This document shows, piece after piece, positions 53,930 to 64,000 of a DNA stretch of 64,000 nucleotides. Within the stretch, counting starts at the first letter, position 1. Each line of letters starts with the position of its first letter. The stretch covers positions 18,429 through 82,428 of the forward strand of contig CAAFLX010000038.1 in NCBI GenBank assembly GCA_900763875.1. The letters run 5' to 3'. The translations under genes were made by a program, and so were the position numbers. Below the pieces are notes generated by a model. That model ran no database searches. It had not been told where the DNA came from and saw only the letters and a list, made by a program, of their open reading frames with translations. The stretch comes from Clostridia bacterium. GTDB taxonomy: Bacteria; Bacillota; Clostridia; Christensenellales; CAG-917.

Positions 53930-54027
53930 TTGTCGGATTTACGTTCGTTTTCGTTGGATTTGTCGGCGACAAACTCGCTGTCTTTTTGCGGCTCTGTTTG
54001 TCGATTGCTTTTTGTGTCTATCTCGCG

Positions 54028-54339
54028 CTACTCGTTTTTAGCTTTGGCGTTTTGCGCTTTTGCAAGTTTGTTCTTTTTGCCGTGTCGCGCTTTTTTTGAG
54101 GCGGAATCACCTTTCGATTTTCTATCCGAATTTGCGTCGGTTTTTGCAGAATCGGGGGTTTTTGTCCACGTTTCTTTGACATAAACGTGCTTTTGCATCA
54201 TTTTGATATCCGCTTTACGCCGTTGCAAAAGCATAAGCGACATCACGCAAACGGCAACCGCGAGCATGCCTGCAAGAGCAAGCAAAAAAGCAAACAGGAA
54301 GTTGGAAACGTCAAACGCGGCGCACACAAAAGTTGTCAT
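54028..54339 (-). CDS. Small membrane protein with a Lys-rich tail
   Basis: The ATG at 54339 follows aaggagg and forms an ATGA overlap with the upstream gene. There is one TM helix. Confidence 0.6.
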   Translation of the reverse strand: MTTFVCAAFDVSNFLFAFLLALAGMLAVAVCVMSLMLLQRRKADIKMMQKHVYVKETWTKTPDSAKTDANSDRKSKGDSASKKARHGKKNKLAKAQNAKAKNE

Positions 54340-56003
54340 ACGAGATACCTCCTTTGCTTTTTCCACGCAATGCAAAGCGCAACCAACACGCACGCAAGAG
54401 CCGAGCAAACGACAATGAGCGCAATGTTTGCAGGCGTCAATACGTCAGCGACTTTTTCGCCCTCGAACAAACACAGCACGTTGTTCGACTTTGACAAAGT
54501 TACGCCGCCAACGCTTATATCGAGCAAATCTTCAACGCCGTAAACCGCAACGTATTTTATGTCGTCAAACGCGCTTTTCCAGGACACGGAAAAGCCGTCC
54601 TCCGGGGTGACGTCGTTGCCGTTTTCGTCCAAAAACTCAAACTTATACGCCGCCGCAAGCGTTTTGCCATAGGTGTTTTCCACCTCGACTTTGCTCACGC
54701 GGATTTCAACGTCAACAAGTCCGTCACCGTAAAAAACGTAGAAAATTCGCCCGTCCTCGGTGACGATTTCGATTTGTTTCGCATACACGAAATAGCGGCC
54801 GTAATTGGCAAAATTACTCTCGAAAGAAAGGCAGTCCGCAACGTAGTTCGGGTTGTCGAAAACAACGTAGGTGCGATAGGACATACTTGCAACGTCCTTG
54901 TCGGCGCGGTGCTCGATTCTTGCACCCAGGCTCTCGACGGTGTCCCCTTCAACGAGCGGAGTATAAATCTTGTAGGTTGGAAAAACAAGCTCCTCTCCCA
55001 CAAGCGAATATGCGTCGTGAATACGCACAAACAGCGAGCGCGGACTGATCGTAACTTGCACGGGCAAGTCTTTGAGTCCGTTGTAGTTGGCATTGTCGGG
55101 GATAAAATCGTAAAAGACGGTGTGTCCGCCCTCGTTTACGCCGAGGTATATCGAGCTTTTGTCGGCGGCTGAGGATATTGCCTCGTCCGTTTGACTCTCG
55201 CTCGGCACAAAACGTCCCGATATATCCATGTCGGAAAAATCGGCAATTTTGAGGGTTTTTGCAATATCGGCAAGGCTTTGACCGTAAATCACGCTCTTTT
55301 CAACGCTTTTTGTTGCAGTTATATCCGCCTTATCCAAGGTACATTCGCAAGCCTCTCCATATCGTTTGACGGTGTAAGCGAACGGCTTGTCTTGCGAATC
55401 GCTCTCATAGTTGAACGATTCGGCGGACACAAGGCGCACCTCGTAAGTGCCGACACTCACGCCCCTGCCGAAATAATAGCCACCTGCCGTGGGAGTTGCC
55501 TTTGCCTCTTGCCACTCTCCGCCCGAAACTCTATACTCAAACGAAACGTTCGGCGTGGATATTATATCGCCGACGCTTGCGCTGAAAAACACTCCGTTTG
55601 CGCCGTAGATTGCAGTATTATCGGATACGGCCGAAGCGATTTGGGGCAAACTAAACTCTATGTCGCAGTACTCTGCAACGGCAAACTCTCCCGTGCTCGG
55701 CACTTGCGCCCCGATAGCGCGCAAATGGTCGCGCATCGCCTCGTACATCTTGCGCGCAACCGATTGACCGTCAAGCGAGCCGAATCGCCCAACGCACTCT
55801 TTTCCGTCAAGATTTTCACCGTTGAAAGACAACGTCCAGTTGTTGCCGTCCTCGGTTGCTATGACAAACTTGCCTCGCCCCTCGCTCGCGGCATCGACAA
55901 CAAGTCCGCCGTGCGGATACAACCCAAGCAATACGCAAACCGCCGCGCATAGCACGACGAGCAAACAGCATATAAGCATAAGCGTAACCTTTTTTGCGGA
56001 CAT
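54336..56003 (-). CDS. Cell-surface protein (N-terminal signal anchor, Ig/MBG-like repeats, C-terminal TM anchor)
   Basis: Both the N-terminus and C-terminus are hydrophobic. I cannot name a confident family. Confidence 0.75.
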   Translation of the reverse strand: MSAKKVTLMLICCLLVVLCAAVCVLLGLYPHGGLVVDAASEGRGKFVIATEDGNNWTLSFNGENLDGKECVGRFGSLDGQSVARKMYEAMRDHLRAIGAQVPSTGEFAVAEYCDIEFSLPQIASAVSDNTAIYGANGVFFSASVGDIISTPNVSFEYRVSGGEWQEAKATPTAGGYYFGRGVSVGTYEVRLVSAESFNYESDSQDKPFAYTVKRYGEACECTLDKADITATKSVEKSVIYGQSLADIAKTLKIADFSDMDISGRFVPSESQTDEAISSAADKSSIYLGVNEGGHTVFYDFIPDNANYNGLKDLPVQVTISPRSLFVRIHDAYSLVGEELVFPTYKIYTPLVEGDTVESLGARIEHRADKDVASMSYRTYVVFDNPNYVADCLSFESNFANYGRYFVYAKQIEIVTEDGRIFYVFYGDGLVDVEIRVSKVEVENTYGKTLAAAYKFEFLDENGNDVTPEDGFSVSWKSAFDDIKYVAVYGVEDLLDISVGGVTLSKSNNVLCLFEGEKVADVLTPANIALIVVCSALACVLVALCIAWKKQRRYLV

Positions 56004-56119
56004 ATTCCCTCTAATATCGATTTTGCGCCTACAATTATATCACGAAACCCACCCTTTCGCAATACGCGCGCAATATTATGTTATATTAAATATACATATA
56101 ATATGGTATTTTTATTGGC

Positions 56120-56560
56120 TTGAAGTTGCACATTGCGTGTATAAGTGCGCTTTGAATAGTGAAGATTCTTCCTCTACAAGGGGTTGGCGTTGTGCACCCT
56201 TAATTAGATGCGCCCCCTCTTTCCCTATCGGGCTTTGTTCGTCCTCTACAAGAGTTGGACGGCGAGAACTCTAAATGTAATTTTCCCCTTTCCTCACGTG
56301 TTTTCCCCATCACCGTTCCCCCTCTGCGTGCCTTGAGGGAACCCACGGTGACCGCGTAGCGGGGGACAACACTCAGCACTCACATAGATAAGTATCGTCC
56401 CCTTGTTATGCCACTGCGCTTTGTGCGCCGGCTTCGCAACAGAATGGCGCAGTCGCTTGTACTATTCGTCAAGTTCGGCGTTCGCTTTCTCGCCGCCTTG
56501 CGGCTCGTGTTCCGTCTTTGAAGTTGCACATACCATTTATAAATGCACTTTGAAAGTGTT
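56120..56560 (+). repeat. R1 structured repeat, copy E
   Basis: A full element with a partially duplicated 5' module. It has a 1-nt deletion (cgctttctcgcc) relative to the other copies. Confidence 0.9.
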
Positions 56561-56687
56561 ATAAAGCCCGCAAAATCGATGCATAACGCGAAAGCACCCT
56601 TTGATTGGCAAACCCAGCGTACAATGACGTACGTGGTTTGACAAGCAAAGGGTGCTGACAAAGTTAGGCGCGATTTTGCGGCTTTAT
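56561..56687 (+). repeat. R2 long hairpin, divergent single unit
   Basis: The outer stem is ataaagcccgcaaaatcg/cgattttgcggctttat and the inner stem is gcaccctttg/caaagggtgc. The 3' arm overlaps the SDR gene stop codon. Confidence 0.85.
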
Positions 56688-57406
56688 AAGCCGGCGGTGA
56701 GTGAAAGAATCGCCCCCACACAATACCCACTCTCCGCCAAATAAAGTATTCCGTTGGCTATTTCGGTGGGGGTGGCAAGTCTGCCGAGAGGAATGAAATC
56801 GCGACAGAGTTCGTCTTTTTCGGATTGGGTGTAAACGCTCATCATATCGGTGTCAACTGCGCCGGGGGCGACGGCGTTGACGAGAACGCCCATGGGGGCA
56901 ACCTCTTGAGCGAGAGCTTTGGTGAATCCGATGATTGCGGCTTTTGAGGCGGAATAGGCAACTTCCATGCTTGCGCCCTTCTCCCCCCAAACGGATGACA
57001 CGTTGACGATTGAGCCTTGTCCTCTTGAAAGCATATCGGGCAGAACGGCTTTTGTGACGAGGAACGTGCCGTTGACGTTGACGTCGAAAATGCGCTTGAA
57101 GTCGTCAAGCGACGTGTCGATGAGCAACGCGCTCTTGGCAACGCCGGCGTTGTTGACAAGAATATCTATCTTGCCAAAACGTTTTTTTGCGGCATCTACC
57201 GCACTCGATACGCTGCAAGGATTGGTGACGTCGCACTCGATTGCAAGCACTCCGCCGCAACGCGAATTTAGCTCTTCTTGCAAAGCAAGAGCTTTTTCTT
57301 TTGAGGAATTGTAAGTGAAAGCGACGTTGTATTTGCCTGCCGCCTCTCTCACCACTGCCTCGCCTATTCCTCGGCTTCCGCCCGTGATAAAAATGGTTTT
57401 CGTCAT
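56684..57406 (-). CDS. SDR-family oxidoreductase (FabG-like)
   Basis: Contains TGGSRGIG and YSASKAA, with NNAG present as VNNAGV. The start is the ATG at 57406. Confidence 0.9.
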   Translation of the reverse strand: MTKTIFITGGSRGIGEAVVREAAGKYNVAFTYNSSKEKALALQEELNSRCGGVLAIECDVTNPCSVSSAVDAAKKRFGKIDILVNNAGVAKSALLIDTSLDDFKRIFDVNVNGTFLVTKAVLPDMLSRGQGSIVNVSSVWGEKGASMEVAYSASKAAIIGFTKALAQEVAPMGVLVNAVAPGAVDTDMMSVYTQSEKDELCRDFIPLGRLATPTEIANGILYLAESGYCVGAILSLTAGL

Positions 57407-57467
57407 TCTAACCGCACAAAAAAACAAGGCTTGCCGAAATTTTTTCAACAAGCCTCGTTTGGTTTAT

Positions 57468-58865
57468 TTATTCTTTATCTTTTTTGTCGAGTCTGTCAAT
57501 CGGGCAGCCGACGTAGGTGCTTTTTGCGTCCTTTGCGTCCTTGTCAAAGGTGGAGAGGTTGATTGTGTGCATATAGTTGTCGTCATCGCTTGCAAAGAAG
57601 AAGAAATCGTCACCGACAAAGTCAAGTGCGAGCCAATCGGTCTTGATACCCTCTTCCATAATGACGGTTGCATTGTCCTTTGCCTCTTTGTAGGAGATTT
57701 TGGAAATGCTCTTTGCAGAGGAAGTTGCGGTGTAATACACAACGCCCTTTTGTGCGTCAACCTTCCAAATGGTGGTGGTCTTGCCCGTCACAACGGGAGC
57801 GTTTTGGGCATTTGTGCCGTTGTACCAAGCGTAAACGCTGTCGCTGTTGTAAGCAAGCGCGCCGTCCTCATATCCGAGGGGGAACAACGTTGTAGATGCA
57901 ATGGTGTTGAGCAATTTTTGAGTGCCCTTCACGTCGCTTGCCTTTGCCATAAACAAACCGTCGGTCACGTTGCCGTTGTTGAGGGTGTGCGTCTTGGTGT
58001 AGTAGAGAGTGCACTCGCCGTCCTTTTCGACAAACATACTCACGAGGTTGTATTTGAACACGTTGAGTTGGTCTTGCACGGGGTCTTTGCCCTCGGCGAC
58101 GAACGTATTTTGCGTTGCGAGCACTTTTTTGTCGCTGCCGTCGAAGTTTACGGAGCAGAGGTTGTTGTAGTTTTTGTAGCTATCCTCGCTCTTTGCGTTT
58201 TGGACGAAGAAGATTTTGCTTGCGGCATAGTCCCAAACGACGCTTGCAACGTTTTCCTCAAGCACGCCCTTGACCGCACCCTTTGCGCTGTTGGTGGGCT
58301 TGTTGCTCATACCCGAAAAGTCGATGTAGGAGATTGTGTTGTTGACGTAGTAGAGCACTCTTGACTCGGTGAAGAGATATTTTGCCGAACGAGAGCCGAT
58401 TGTGCCGATGAGTTGAGTCACCGAGCCGTCGGTTTTGGTGCGCATAAAGTCGGTATTGGTGGTGGACGCCGTGCCGCTCTTATCCTTGTCGGTGTTGACC
58501 GAGGTGTAGTAAATCCAGTCGCCGTGGATTGCGATGCCGCCGGCGGTCGAGGAGTTGTAAACGCTCTTGGGGACGACGAGTTTTGCCGATTTGGGGTCGA
58601 TAACGCCGTCTTTCATTTCTGCGCGAACGATGCCTTGTTTGGTGGCTTTGCCCCAAGCGTTGTCTGCGCTTTCGCCAACGAAACCGTTGATGAAGTAAAC
58701 AAATTTGCCTTGTCTTACGACGTAGCCGCCGTTTGATTCGACAGCGGCGTCGGAATCGCCTTTGCCGATAGAGTCCGCTTTGTACGGATTGCAAGCAACG
58801 AGTGCAGCGACGCAAAGCACGAGCACCAAAACTGCCGCAAATACGCTAAAAAGTTTCTTTTTCAT
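57468..58865 (-). CDS. Lipoprotein, DUF5050-like beta-propeller
   Basis: Has the lipobox ALVAC-N and repeated YYxN/W motifs. Confidence 0.8.
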   Translation of the reverse strand: MKKKLFSVFAAVLVLVLCVAALVACNPYKADSIGKGDSDAAVESNGGYVVRQGKFVYFINGFVGESADNAWGKATKQGIVRAEMKDGVIDPKSAKLVVPKSVYNSSTAGGIAIHGDWIYYTSVNTDKDKSGTASTTNTDFMRTKTDGSVTQLIGTIGSRSAKYLFTESRVLYYVNNTISYIDFSGMSNKPTNSAKGAVKGVLEENVASVVWDYAASKIFFVQNAKSEDSYKNYNNLCSVNFDGSDKKVLATQNTFVAEGKDPVQDQLNVFKYNLVSMFVEKDGECTLYYTKTHTLNNGNVTDGLFMAKASDVKGTQKLLNTIASTTLFPLGYEDGALAYNSDSVYAWYNGTNAQNAPVVTGKTTTIWKVDAQKGVVYYTATSSAKSISKISYKEAKDNATVIMEEGIKTDWLALDFVGDDFFFFASDDDNYMHTINLSTFDKDAKDAKSTYVGCPIDRLDKKDKE

Positions 58866-58903
58866 TATATTTCTCCTGGGGATAGCAATCCCTTTTGATA
58901 TGC

Positions 58904-60655
58904 TTATTTATTCTCTTGCGGCATATCGATTTTGATATGCACGTCTTTGAGTTGTTTTTCGGTGACGGTGCTAGGCGCGCCCATGAGGATATCGCGAGCG
59001 TTTCTATCCATCGGGAAAGTGATGATTTCTCTTATGCTCGGCTCGTTTGCAAGAAGCATAACGATGCGGTCAACGCCCGGTGCGATGCCTGCGTGAGGCG
59101 GTGCGCCGAATTTGAACGCGTTGTAAAGCGCAGAGAACTTCTCCTCGATGACGTCTTTGCCGTAGCCGACGATTTCAAAGGCTCTTTCCATAATTGCAGG
59201 CTCGTGGTTTCTCACCGCGCCCGAACTCAATTCCACGCCGTTGACAACGCTGTCGTATTGGTATGCAACGATGTCGAGGGGGTCTTTGCTGTTGAGTGCT
59301 TCAAGTCCGCCTTGCGGCATAGAGAACGGGTTGTGGCAGAATCCGAGCACGCCCTCGTCGTCGTATTCGTACATCGGGAAGTCCACAATCCAGCAGAAAC
59401 GGAATGCGTTTTTCTCAAGCAAATCAAGCCCCACGCCCAGCTCGGTGCGCACGTAGCCCGCTTGTTTTTCAACGCCCTTTTCTTCTGCAAGAACGGCAAC
59501 GAAAGTGCCTGCTTTCAAACCGAGGCGTTCGCAAAGAGCGTCTTTGCTGTCGGCAAGGAATTTGGAAATTCCGCCCGCAAGCTCGCCTTTTTCGTCGAGT
59601 TTGAACCAGAACATATTGCTTGCGCCGTTTTGTTTGGACTTTTCAACGAGAGCGTCAATCCACTTTCTCGTTTCCTTGAAGTTGTCAACGGCGATTGCTT
59701 TTATCGTCTTGCCTTTTTCGAAGAAAGGTGCTTTTTCGGTGAGGATATCCGTCACGTCCTTGACAATGAGCGGGTTGCGGAGGTCGGGCTTATCCGAGCC
59801 GTAATCTCTCATTGCGTCGCGATACGTTATGCGGCGGAACGGGCCTTGGTCAACTTTGTATCCTTCGGGGGAGAACTCCTTGAACACGCCGCTCAAAACT
59901 TCTTCCATAACCGCAAAAACGTCCTCTTGAGTTGCAAAGCACATCTCAGTGTCGAGTTGGTAGAACTCACCGGGGCTTCTGTCTGCGCGCGCGTCCTCGT
60001 CTCTGAAACAGGGCGCGATTTGGAAGTATTTGTCAAAGCCCGACGCCATAAGCAACTGCTTGTATTGTTGCGGTGCTTGCGGAAGGGCATAGAAATGGCC
60101 GGGATAGAGCCTTGACGGCACGATGTAGTCCCTTGCTCCCTCGGGTGAAGACGAGGTGAGAATAGGAGTTGCAATCTCCAAGAATCCGAGTGAAGTCATC
60201 TTGTTGCGCAGCCAGCTGACCACTTTTGAACGGAAGATGATTTTCGCCTTTACGTCGGGGTTTCTCAAATCGAGGAAACGATATTTGAGGCGCACGTCCT
60301 CTCTTGATTGAGTGCTTGTGGCAATCTCGAAAGGAAGTTGCTCATAGCACTTGCCCAAAACCTCGATGGTGTCGGGTTCGATTTCAATCATACCCGTAGG
60401 CATTTCCGAGTTGGGTGCGCTACGCAAAACGACTTTGCCCTCAACGCTTATCGTACTCTCGCGCGGGATAGCGCGAATTTGCTCTTTTTTCGCCTCATCG
60501 CTCACCACCGCTTGAGTGTAGCCGTAGTAGTCGCGCAAAACGAAAAAGATGACTGCGCCAAGGTCGCGAATGCTTGAAAGCCATCCGCAAAGTTTGACGT
60601 GTTTGCCTTCGTCTGATTGACGCAATTCTCCACAATTGTGTGTTCTGAGTTCCAT
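58904..60655 (-). CDS. aspS: Aspartate--tRNA ligase
   Basis: Contains RTHNCGELR, FRDEDARADR and GGLEALN..APGVDR. The start is ATG at 60655, with GTG at 60661 as an alternative. Confidence 0.95.
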   Translation of the reverse strand: MELRTHNCGELRQSDEGKHVKLCGWLSSIRDLGAVIFFVLRDYYGYTQAVVSDEAKKEQIRAIPRESTISVEGKVVLRSAPNSEMPTGMIEIEPDTIEVLGKCYEQLPFEIATSTQSREDVRLKYRFLDLRNPDVKAKIIFRSKVVSWLRNKMTSLGFLEIATPILTSSSPEGARDYIVPSRLYPGHFYALPQAPQQYKQLLMASGFDKYFQIAPCFRDEDARADRSPGEFYQLDTEMCFATQEDVFAVMEEVLSGVFKEFSPEGYKVDQGPFRRITYRDAMRDYGSDKPDLRNPLIVKDVTDILTEKAPFFEKGKTIKAIAVDNFKETRKWIDALVEKSKQNGASNMFWFKLDEKGELAGGISKFLADSKDALCERLGLKAGTFVAVLAEEKGVEKQAGYVRTELGVGLDLLEKNAFRFCWIVDFPMYEYDDEGVLGFCHNPFSMPQGGLEALNSKDPLDIVAYQYDSVVNGVELSSGAVRNHEPAIMERAFEIVGYGKDVIEEKFSALYNAFKFGAPPHAGIAPGVDRIVMLLANEPSIREIITFPMDRNARDILMGAPSTVTEKQLKDVHIKIDMPQENK

Positions 60656-60685
60656 ATACACCTTATAAAGTTTAGTTTTTGTATC

Positions 60686-61696
60686 TTACAGCAGGTGGAT
60701 ACCCGCTTTTTCACATTCGTCGTGCATCTCGTCGGGCCAGAGGCTTGATTGCACCTCGCCGACGTGTGCTTTTTGCAACAGCAGCATACAAAGCCTCGAT
60801 TGACCTATTCCGCCGCCTATCGTGAGAGGAAGATTGCCCTCGCTCACGTCTTTGTGGAATTGATTTTGAAGCCTGTCCTCGCACCCTGCGATTTTGAGTT
60901 GCTCGGCAAGGCTCTTTGCGTCCACGCGGATGCCCATAGACGAGATTTCCACACTCTCGTCAAGCACCTTGTCAAAGAAGATTATATCCCCGTTGAGATG
61001 CCAATCGTCATAGTCGGGAGCGCGTCCGTCGTGGGGTTTGCCGTTTGAGAGCGCGCCGCCTATTTGCATAAGGAATACCGTGCCAAACTCTTTTGCAAGA
61101 GCACGTTCTCTCTCGTGAGCGTCAAGGTTCGGATACCTATCCAACGCCTCTTGCGCGGTGACAAAAGTCACTTCCCTTTTCAAGTCCACGTCTATGCAAG
61201 GGAACGCCCTTTTCGTATCTTCCGCCGTGTCGCAAATCGCGCCTACAATCCGTTGCACGATCATTTTGAGAAAGTCGAGATTGCGTTGTTCTTTGCTTAT
61301 CACCATCTCCCAATCCCACTGATCGACGTAGATTGAGTGTTGGTTGTCGCACTTGTCGTCGCGACGGATTGCGTTCATATCGGTATACAAACCCTCGCCG
61401 CTCCTAAACCCGTAGCGTTTGAGAGCCATTCGTTTCCATTTGGCGAGAGAGTGGACGATTTCCACTTCAACTCCACCCTGCTCCTTGACGTCGAAACGCA
61501 CCGCGCGTTCAACTCCGTTGAGGTCGTCGTTTACGCCCGTCTTGCTCTTTACGAAAAGAGGCGCGGACACACGCTCGAAACCGAAGTTCTTGATAAAGTT
61601 GCGTTGAAAGCAGTCTTTTACAAATTTGATTGCCTTTTCGGTTTCGCGTATCGTCATTTTCGATTGATAATCGCTCGGAATCACAAGGCTATACAT
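60686..61696 (-). CDS. asnA: Aspartate--ammonia ligase (asparagine synthetase A)
   Basis: Contains TIRETEKAIKFVKDCF and GGGIGQSRLCMLLL. The start is the ATG at 61696. Confidence 0.9.
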   Translation of the reverse strand: MYSLVIPSDYQSKMTIRETEKAIKFVKDCFQRNFIKNFGFERVSAPLFVKSKTGVNDDLNGVERAVRFDVKEQGGVEVEIVHSLAKWKRMALKRYGFRSGEGLYTDMNAIRRDDKCDNQHSIYVDQWDWEMVISKEQRNLDFLKMIVQRIVGAICDTAEDTKRAFPCIDVDLKREVTFVTAQEALDRYPNLDAHERERALAKEFGTVFLMQIGGALSNGKPHDGRAPDYDDWHLNGDIIFFDKVLDESVEISSMGIRVDAKSLAEQLKIAGCEDRLQNQFHKDVSEGNLPLTIGGGIGQSRLCMLLLQKAHVGEVQSSLWPDEMHDECEKAGIHLL

Positions 61697-61802
61697 CGTT
61701 GTCGCTCCTTTTCGCTCTTGCAAAGTTTGCAAAACCGATTGATAAGTTTCCCCTCTTATCACAAGCGTTTATCTTTGTTGATTGCCAATTTTTGAAAATT
61801 TA

Positions 61803-63194
61803 TTACGCCATCAAGTCGCCCGCCGTCCTCGAGTAGAGTTGGACGTCGCGGATGTTGCCGATGCCCGTCACGTACATAAGAATACGTTCAAGTCCAAGCC
61901 CGAATCCGCTGTGAGGCACAGAGCCGTACTTTCTCAAATCCATATAGCCGGTGTAGTCGTCAAGGTTCATGCCTCTCTCCACCATAGCTTGTTTGAGTTT
62001 GTCGTAGTTCTCCTCTCTCTCGCTGCAACCGATGATTTCGCCAACGCCGGGCACGAGCAAGTCGGTTGCCGCAACGGTGAGTCCGTCGTCGTTTTGTTTC
62101 ATATAGAAAGACTTTATCTTCTTCGGATAGTTGATGACAAACACGGGCTTGTTGAACACTTGCTCGGTGATGTATCTCTCGTGTTCGCTTTGAAGATCAA
62201 GCCCCCACTCGACGGGATATGCAAACTCCACCTTGCTCTCTTTGAGGATGTCGATTGCCTTTGAATAATCGAGCACCACAAAATCGCTGTCCACAACGTG
62301 TTGAAGTTTGTCTTTAAGCCCCGGCTCGAATGCCTTTTCAAAAAACGCGATTTCGTCGGGACACTCGTCGATGACCGCCTTAATGATATATTTTATCATC
62401 TTGGTTGCAATCTCGATGATGTCGGGAAGTTTTGCAAAAGCCACTTCCGGCTCGACTTGCCAAAACTCCGCCGCGTGACGAGGAGTGTTGCTGTTTTCCG
62501 CTCTGAACGTCGGGCCGAACGTGTAAATCTTGCCCATAGCCATTGCCGCAACTTCGCCTTCGAGCTGTCCGCTGACGGTAAGCCCCGCCTTTCTGCGGAA
62601 GAAGTCGTTTGCGATATATTCCGCCTCGTCCTTTGCATGTTTTGCGTCTTGATAGCCTTGAGTCGTAACTCTGAAAATCTCGCCCGCCCCCTCGCAGTCG
62701 CTGCCCGTTATGATGGGCGTGTGAATATAAGTGTAGCCGTTCTCTTGGAAGAAACGATGAATTGCGAAACTGAGTTTCGAGCGCACGCGGAGCATTGCGT
62801 TCATAGTGTTCGTTCTGGGACGCAAGTGCGGAATGGTGCGCAAAAACTCCATTGTATGATACTTCTTTTGAAGAGGATAATCTCCGGGGCAATCACCCAA
62901 AAGTTCGATTGTGTCGGCGTTGAGTTCAACCTCGCCCTCTTTCATAGCAGGGACGATTACGCCCTCTGCAAGCACGGACGCGCCGTTTTTCATAACCGTC
63001 GCAAGTGCGTTTTGGTCAAACTTGGTCTTGTCGATGACAATTTGCAAGTGTTTGAGAGTCGTGCCGTCGTTGAGAGCCAAAAACGCCATTGTTTTGCTGT
63101 CGCGCGCAGTGCGTACCCAGCCTGCCACAGTGACGTGCTTGCCTTGGTACTCCGCGCCGTTTTTGAAAATTTCTGAAATGTCTACGTTTTGCAT
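61803..63194 (-). CDS. asnS: Asparagine--tRNA ligase
   Basis: Contains VTVAGWVRTARDSK, FRAENSNTPRHAAEFW and HSGFGLGLERI. Confidence 0.95.
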   Translation of the reverse strand: MQNVDISEIFKNGAEYQGKHVTVAGWVRTARDSKTMAFLALNDGTTLKHLQIVIDKTKFDQNALATVMKNGASVLAEGVIVPAMKEGEVELNADTIELLGDCPGDYPLQKKYHTMEFLRTIPHLRPRTNTMNAMLRVRSKLSFAIHRFFQENGYTYIHTPIITGSDCEGAGEIFRVTTQGYQDAKHAKDEAEYIANDFFRRKAGLTVSGQLEGEVAAMAMGKIYTFGPTFRAENSNTPRHAAEFWQVEPEVAFAKLPDIIEIATKMIKYIIKAVIDECPDEIAFFEKAFEPGLKDKLQHVVDSDFVVLDYSKAIDILKESKVEFAYPVEWGLDLQSEHERYITEQVFNKPVFVINYPKKIKSFYMKQNDDGLTVAATDLLVPGVGEIIGCSEREENYDKLKQAMVERGMNLDDYTGYMDLRKYGSVPHSGFGLGLERILMYVTGIGNIRDVQLYSRTAGDLMA

Positions 63195-63370
63195 AAGTTA
63201 CCTCATTATGTTTAATAATTATATAAGGCAATAAATTATTTGTAAAGTAAATTTTGCGCGTTTGTGCGCGCGCAAAGCCCAAAACTCCCAAAACTGCCGA
63301 AAAAAATCGTCTTGATTTTTAATAATTGACTACTTTCGACGCTCGCTATATAATCTTTTTGAGGTGAATT

Positions 63371-64000
63371 ATGTACGATACAATCATTATAGGCGCAGGG
63401 CCTGCAGGTCTTTGCGCAGGAATATACGCAACAAGAGGCGGTCTAAAAACCGCCGTTGTCGAATGCAAAAGCGTGGGCGGACAAGCCCAAACCGCCGCGG
63501 ATATCCAAAACTATCCGGGCATACCTTCGACGAGCGGATTTGACCTTTGCTATGCAATGATGAATCAATGCGAGCAATTCGGCGCGGAGTTTATCTTTGA
63601 CGAAATCTCGTCGCTATCGCTTGAGGGGAAGGTGAAAACCCTCGCCCTTTCGAGCGGACAAACTCTAAAAACCAAAACCGTGATAATCGCAAGCGGAGCA
63701 AGTTCGCGCAAGCTGGGCATTTCCAACGAGGATAATTTTATAGGAAAAGGCATAAGCTATTGCGCAACTTGCGACGGCGCGTTTTTCAAAGGCAAAACGG
63801 TTGCCGTGATAGGCGGCGGAAACACAGCGGCAGAGGACGCTCTCTATCTTGAAAAACTTGCAAAAAAAGTCTATCTCGTGCATAGGCGCAATGCGTTGCG
63901 TGCGGACAAAATCCTTTGCGACAGGCTTGAAAAAAGCAGTGTCGAAATTGTTTGGGACAGCGTTGTTGACAGCTTGCACGGAAACGACAAAATCACCGAA
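63371..64000 (+). CDS. trxB: Thioredoxin-disulfide reductase (3' end truncated by the window edge)
   Basis: Begins [20 protein letters not shown], with the redox site CATCDG and the motif [12 protein letters not shown]. The frame is still open at 64000. Confidence 0.9.
   Translation, partial: MYDTIIIGAGPAGLCAGIYATRGGLKTAVVECKSVGGQAQTAADIQNYPGIPSTSGFDLCYAMMNQCEQFGAEFIFDEISSLSLEGKVKTLALSSGQTLKTKTVIIASGASSRKLGISNEDNFIGKGISYCATCDGAFFKGKTVAVIGGGNTAAEDALYLEKLAKKVYLVHRRNALRADKILCDRLEKSSVEIVWDSVVDSLHGNDKITE

Noticed and set aside
53930-54027. A NiCo (czcD-type) riboswitch upstream of the CDF transporter gene.
   Set aside because: The 98-nt spacer lacks the conserved four-helix junction sequences I would expect, and it shows only a weak AT-rich hairpin. 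This should still be confirmed with cmscan.

Overview
This is a 64-kb chromosomal segment (about 50% GC) from an endospore-forming Firmicute that looks Clostridia-like. Supporting genes are spo0A, sleB-ypeB, spoIIR, a SigH-like sigma factor and ricT/yaaT. I call about 55 protein genes. Most are housekeeping: mrnC-rlmB, rpsF-ssb-rpsR, tmk-holB-ricT, proS, leuS-serS, asnS-asnA-aspS, ung, a partial trxB, and a tRNA-Ala(UGC)/tRNA-Ile(GAU) pair. The rest are surface or accessory genes: a BspA-type LRR lipoprotein, a transglutaminase-like lipoprotein, a DUF5050-like lipoprotein, a fused ABC ATPase/FtsX exporter with a TetR regulator, a CDF transporter and an M28 peptidase. I found no transposase, integrase, cas gene, reverse transcriptase or recognisable defence gene. 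Two things are unusual. (1) Most of the larger intergenic regions are filled by a modular mosaic of structured repeats, which I name R1 to R5. R1 is a ~350-bp element present 5 times. R2 is a ~125-nt covarying long hairpin, with 10 units at 5 loci; every array ends exactly on the TAA stop codon of a minus-strand gene. R3 and R5 are hairpins, and R4 is an array of short hairpins separated by GATATC. The modules recur in the same order (R1-R3-R5-R2), show compensatory substitutions, and contain indels that rule out coding. This looks like an undescribed ncRNA, MITE-like or BOX-like family. (2) There is a nickel-type island. It has an OppA/NikA-family ABC importer operon ending in a TPR protein with an N-terminal (His-Thr)n tract. 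Next to it is a translationally coupled hypB-hypB-(Cys-rich Fe-S flavoprotein)-hypA operon, with no hydrogenase structural genes or hypCDEF in the window. All calls come from reading the sequence and ORF translations; no database search was run.
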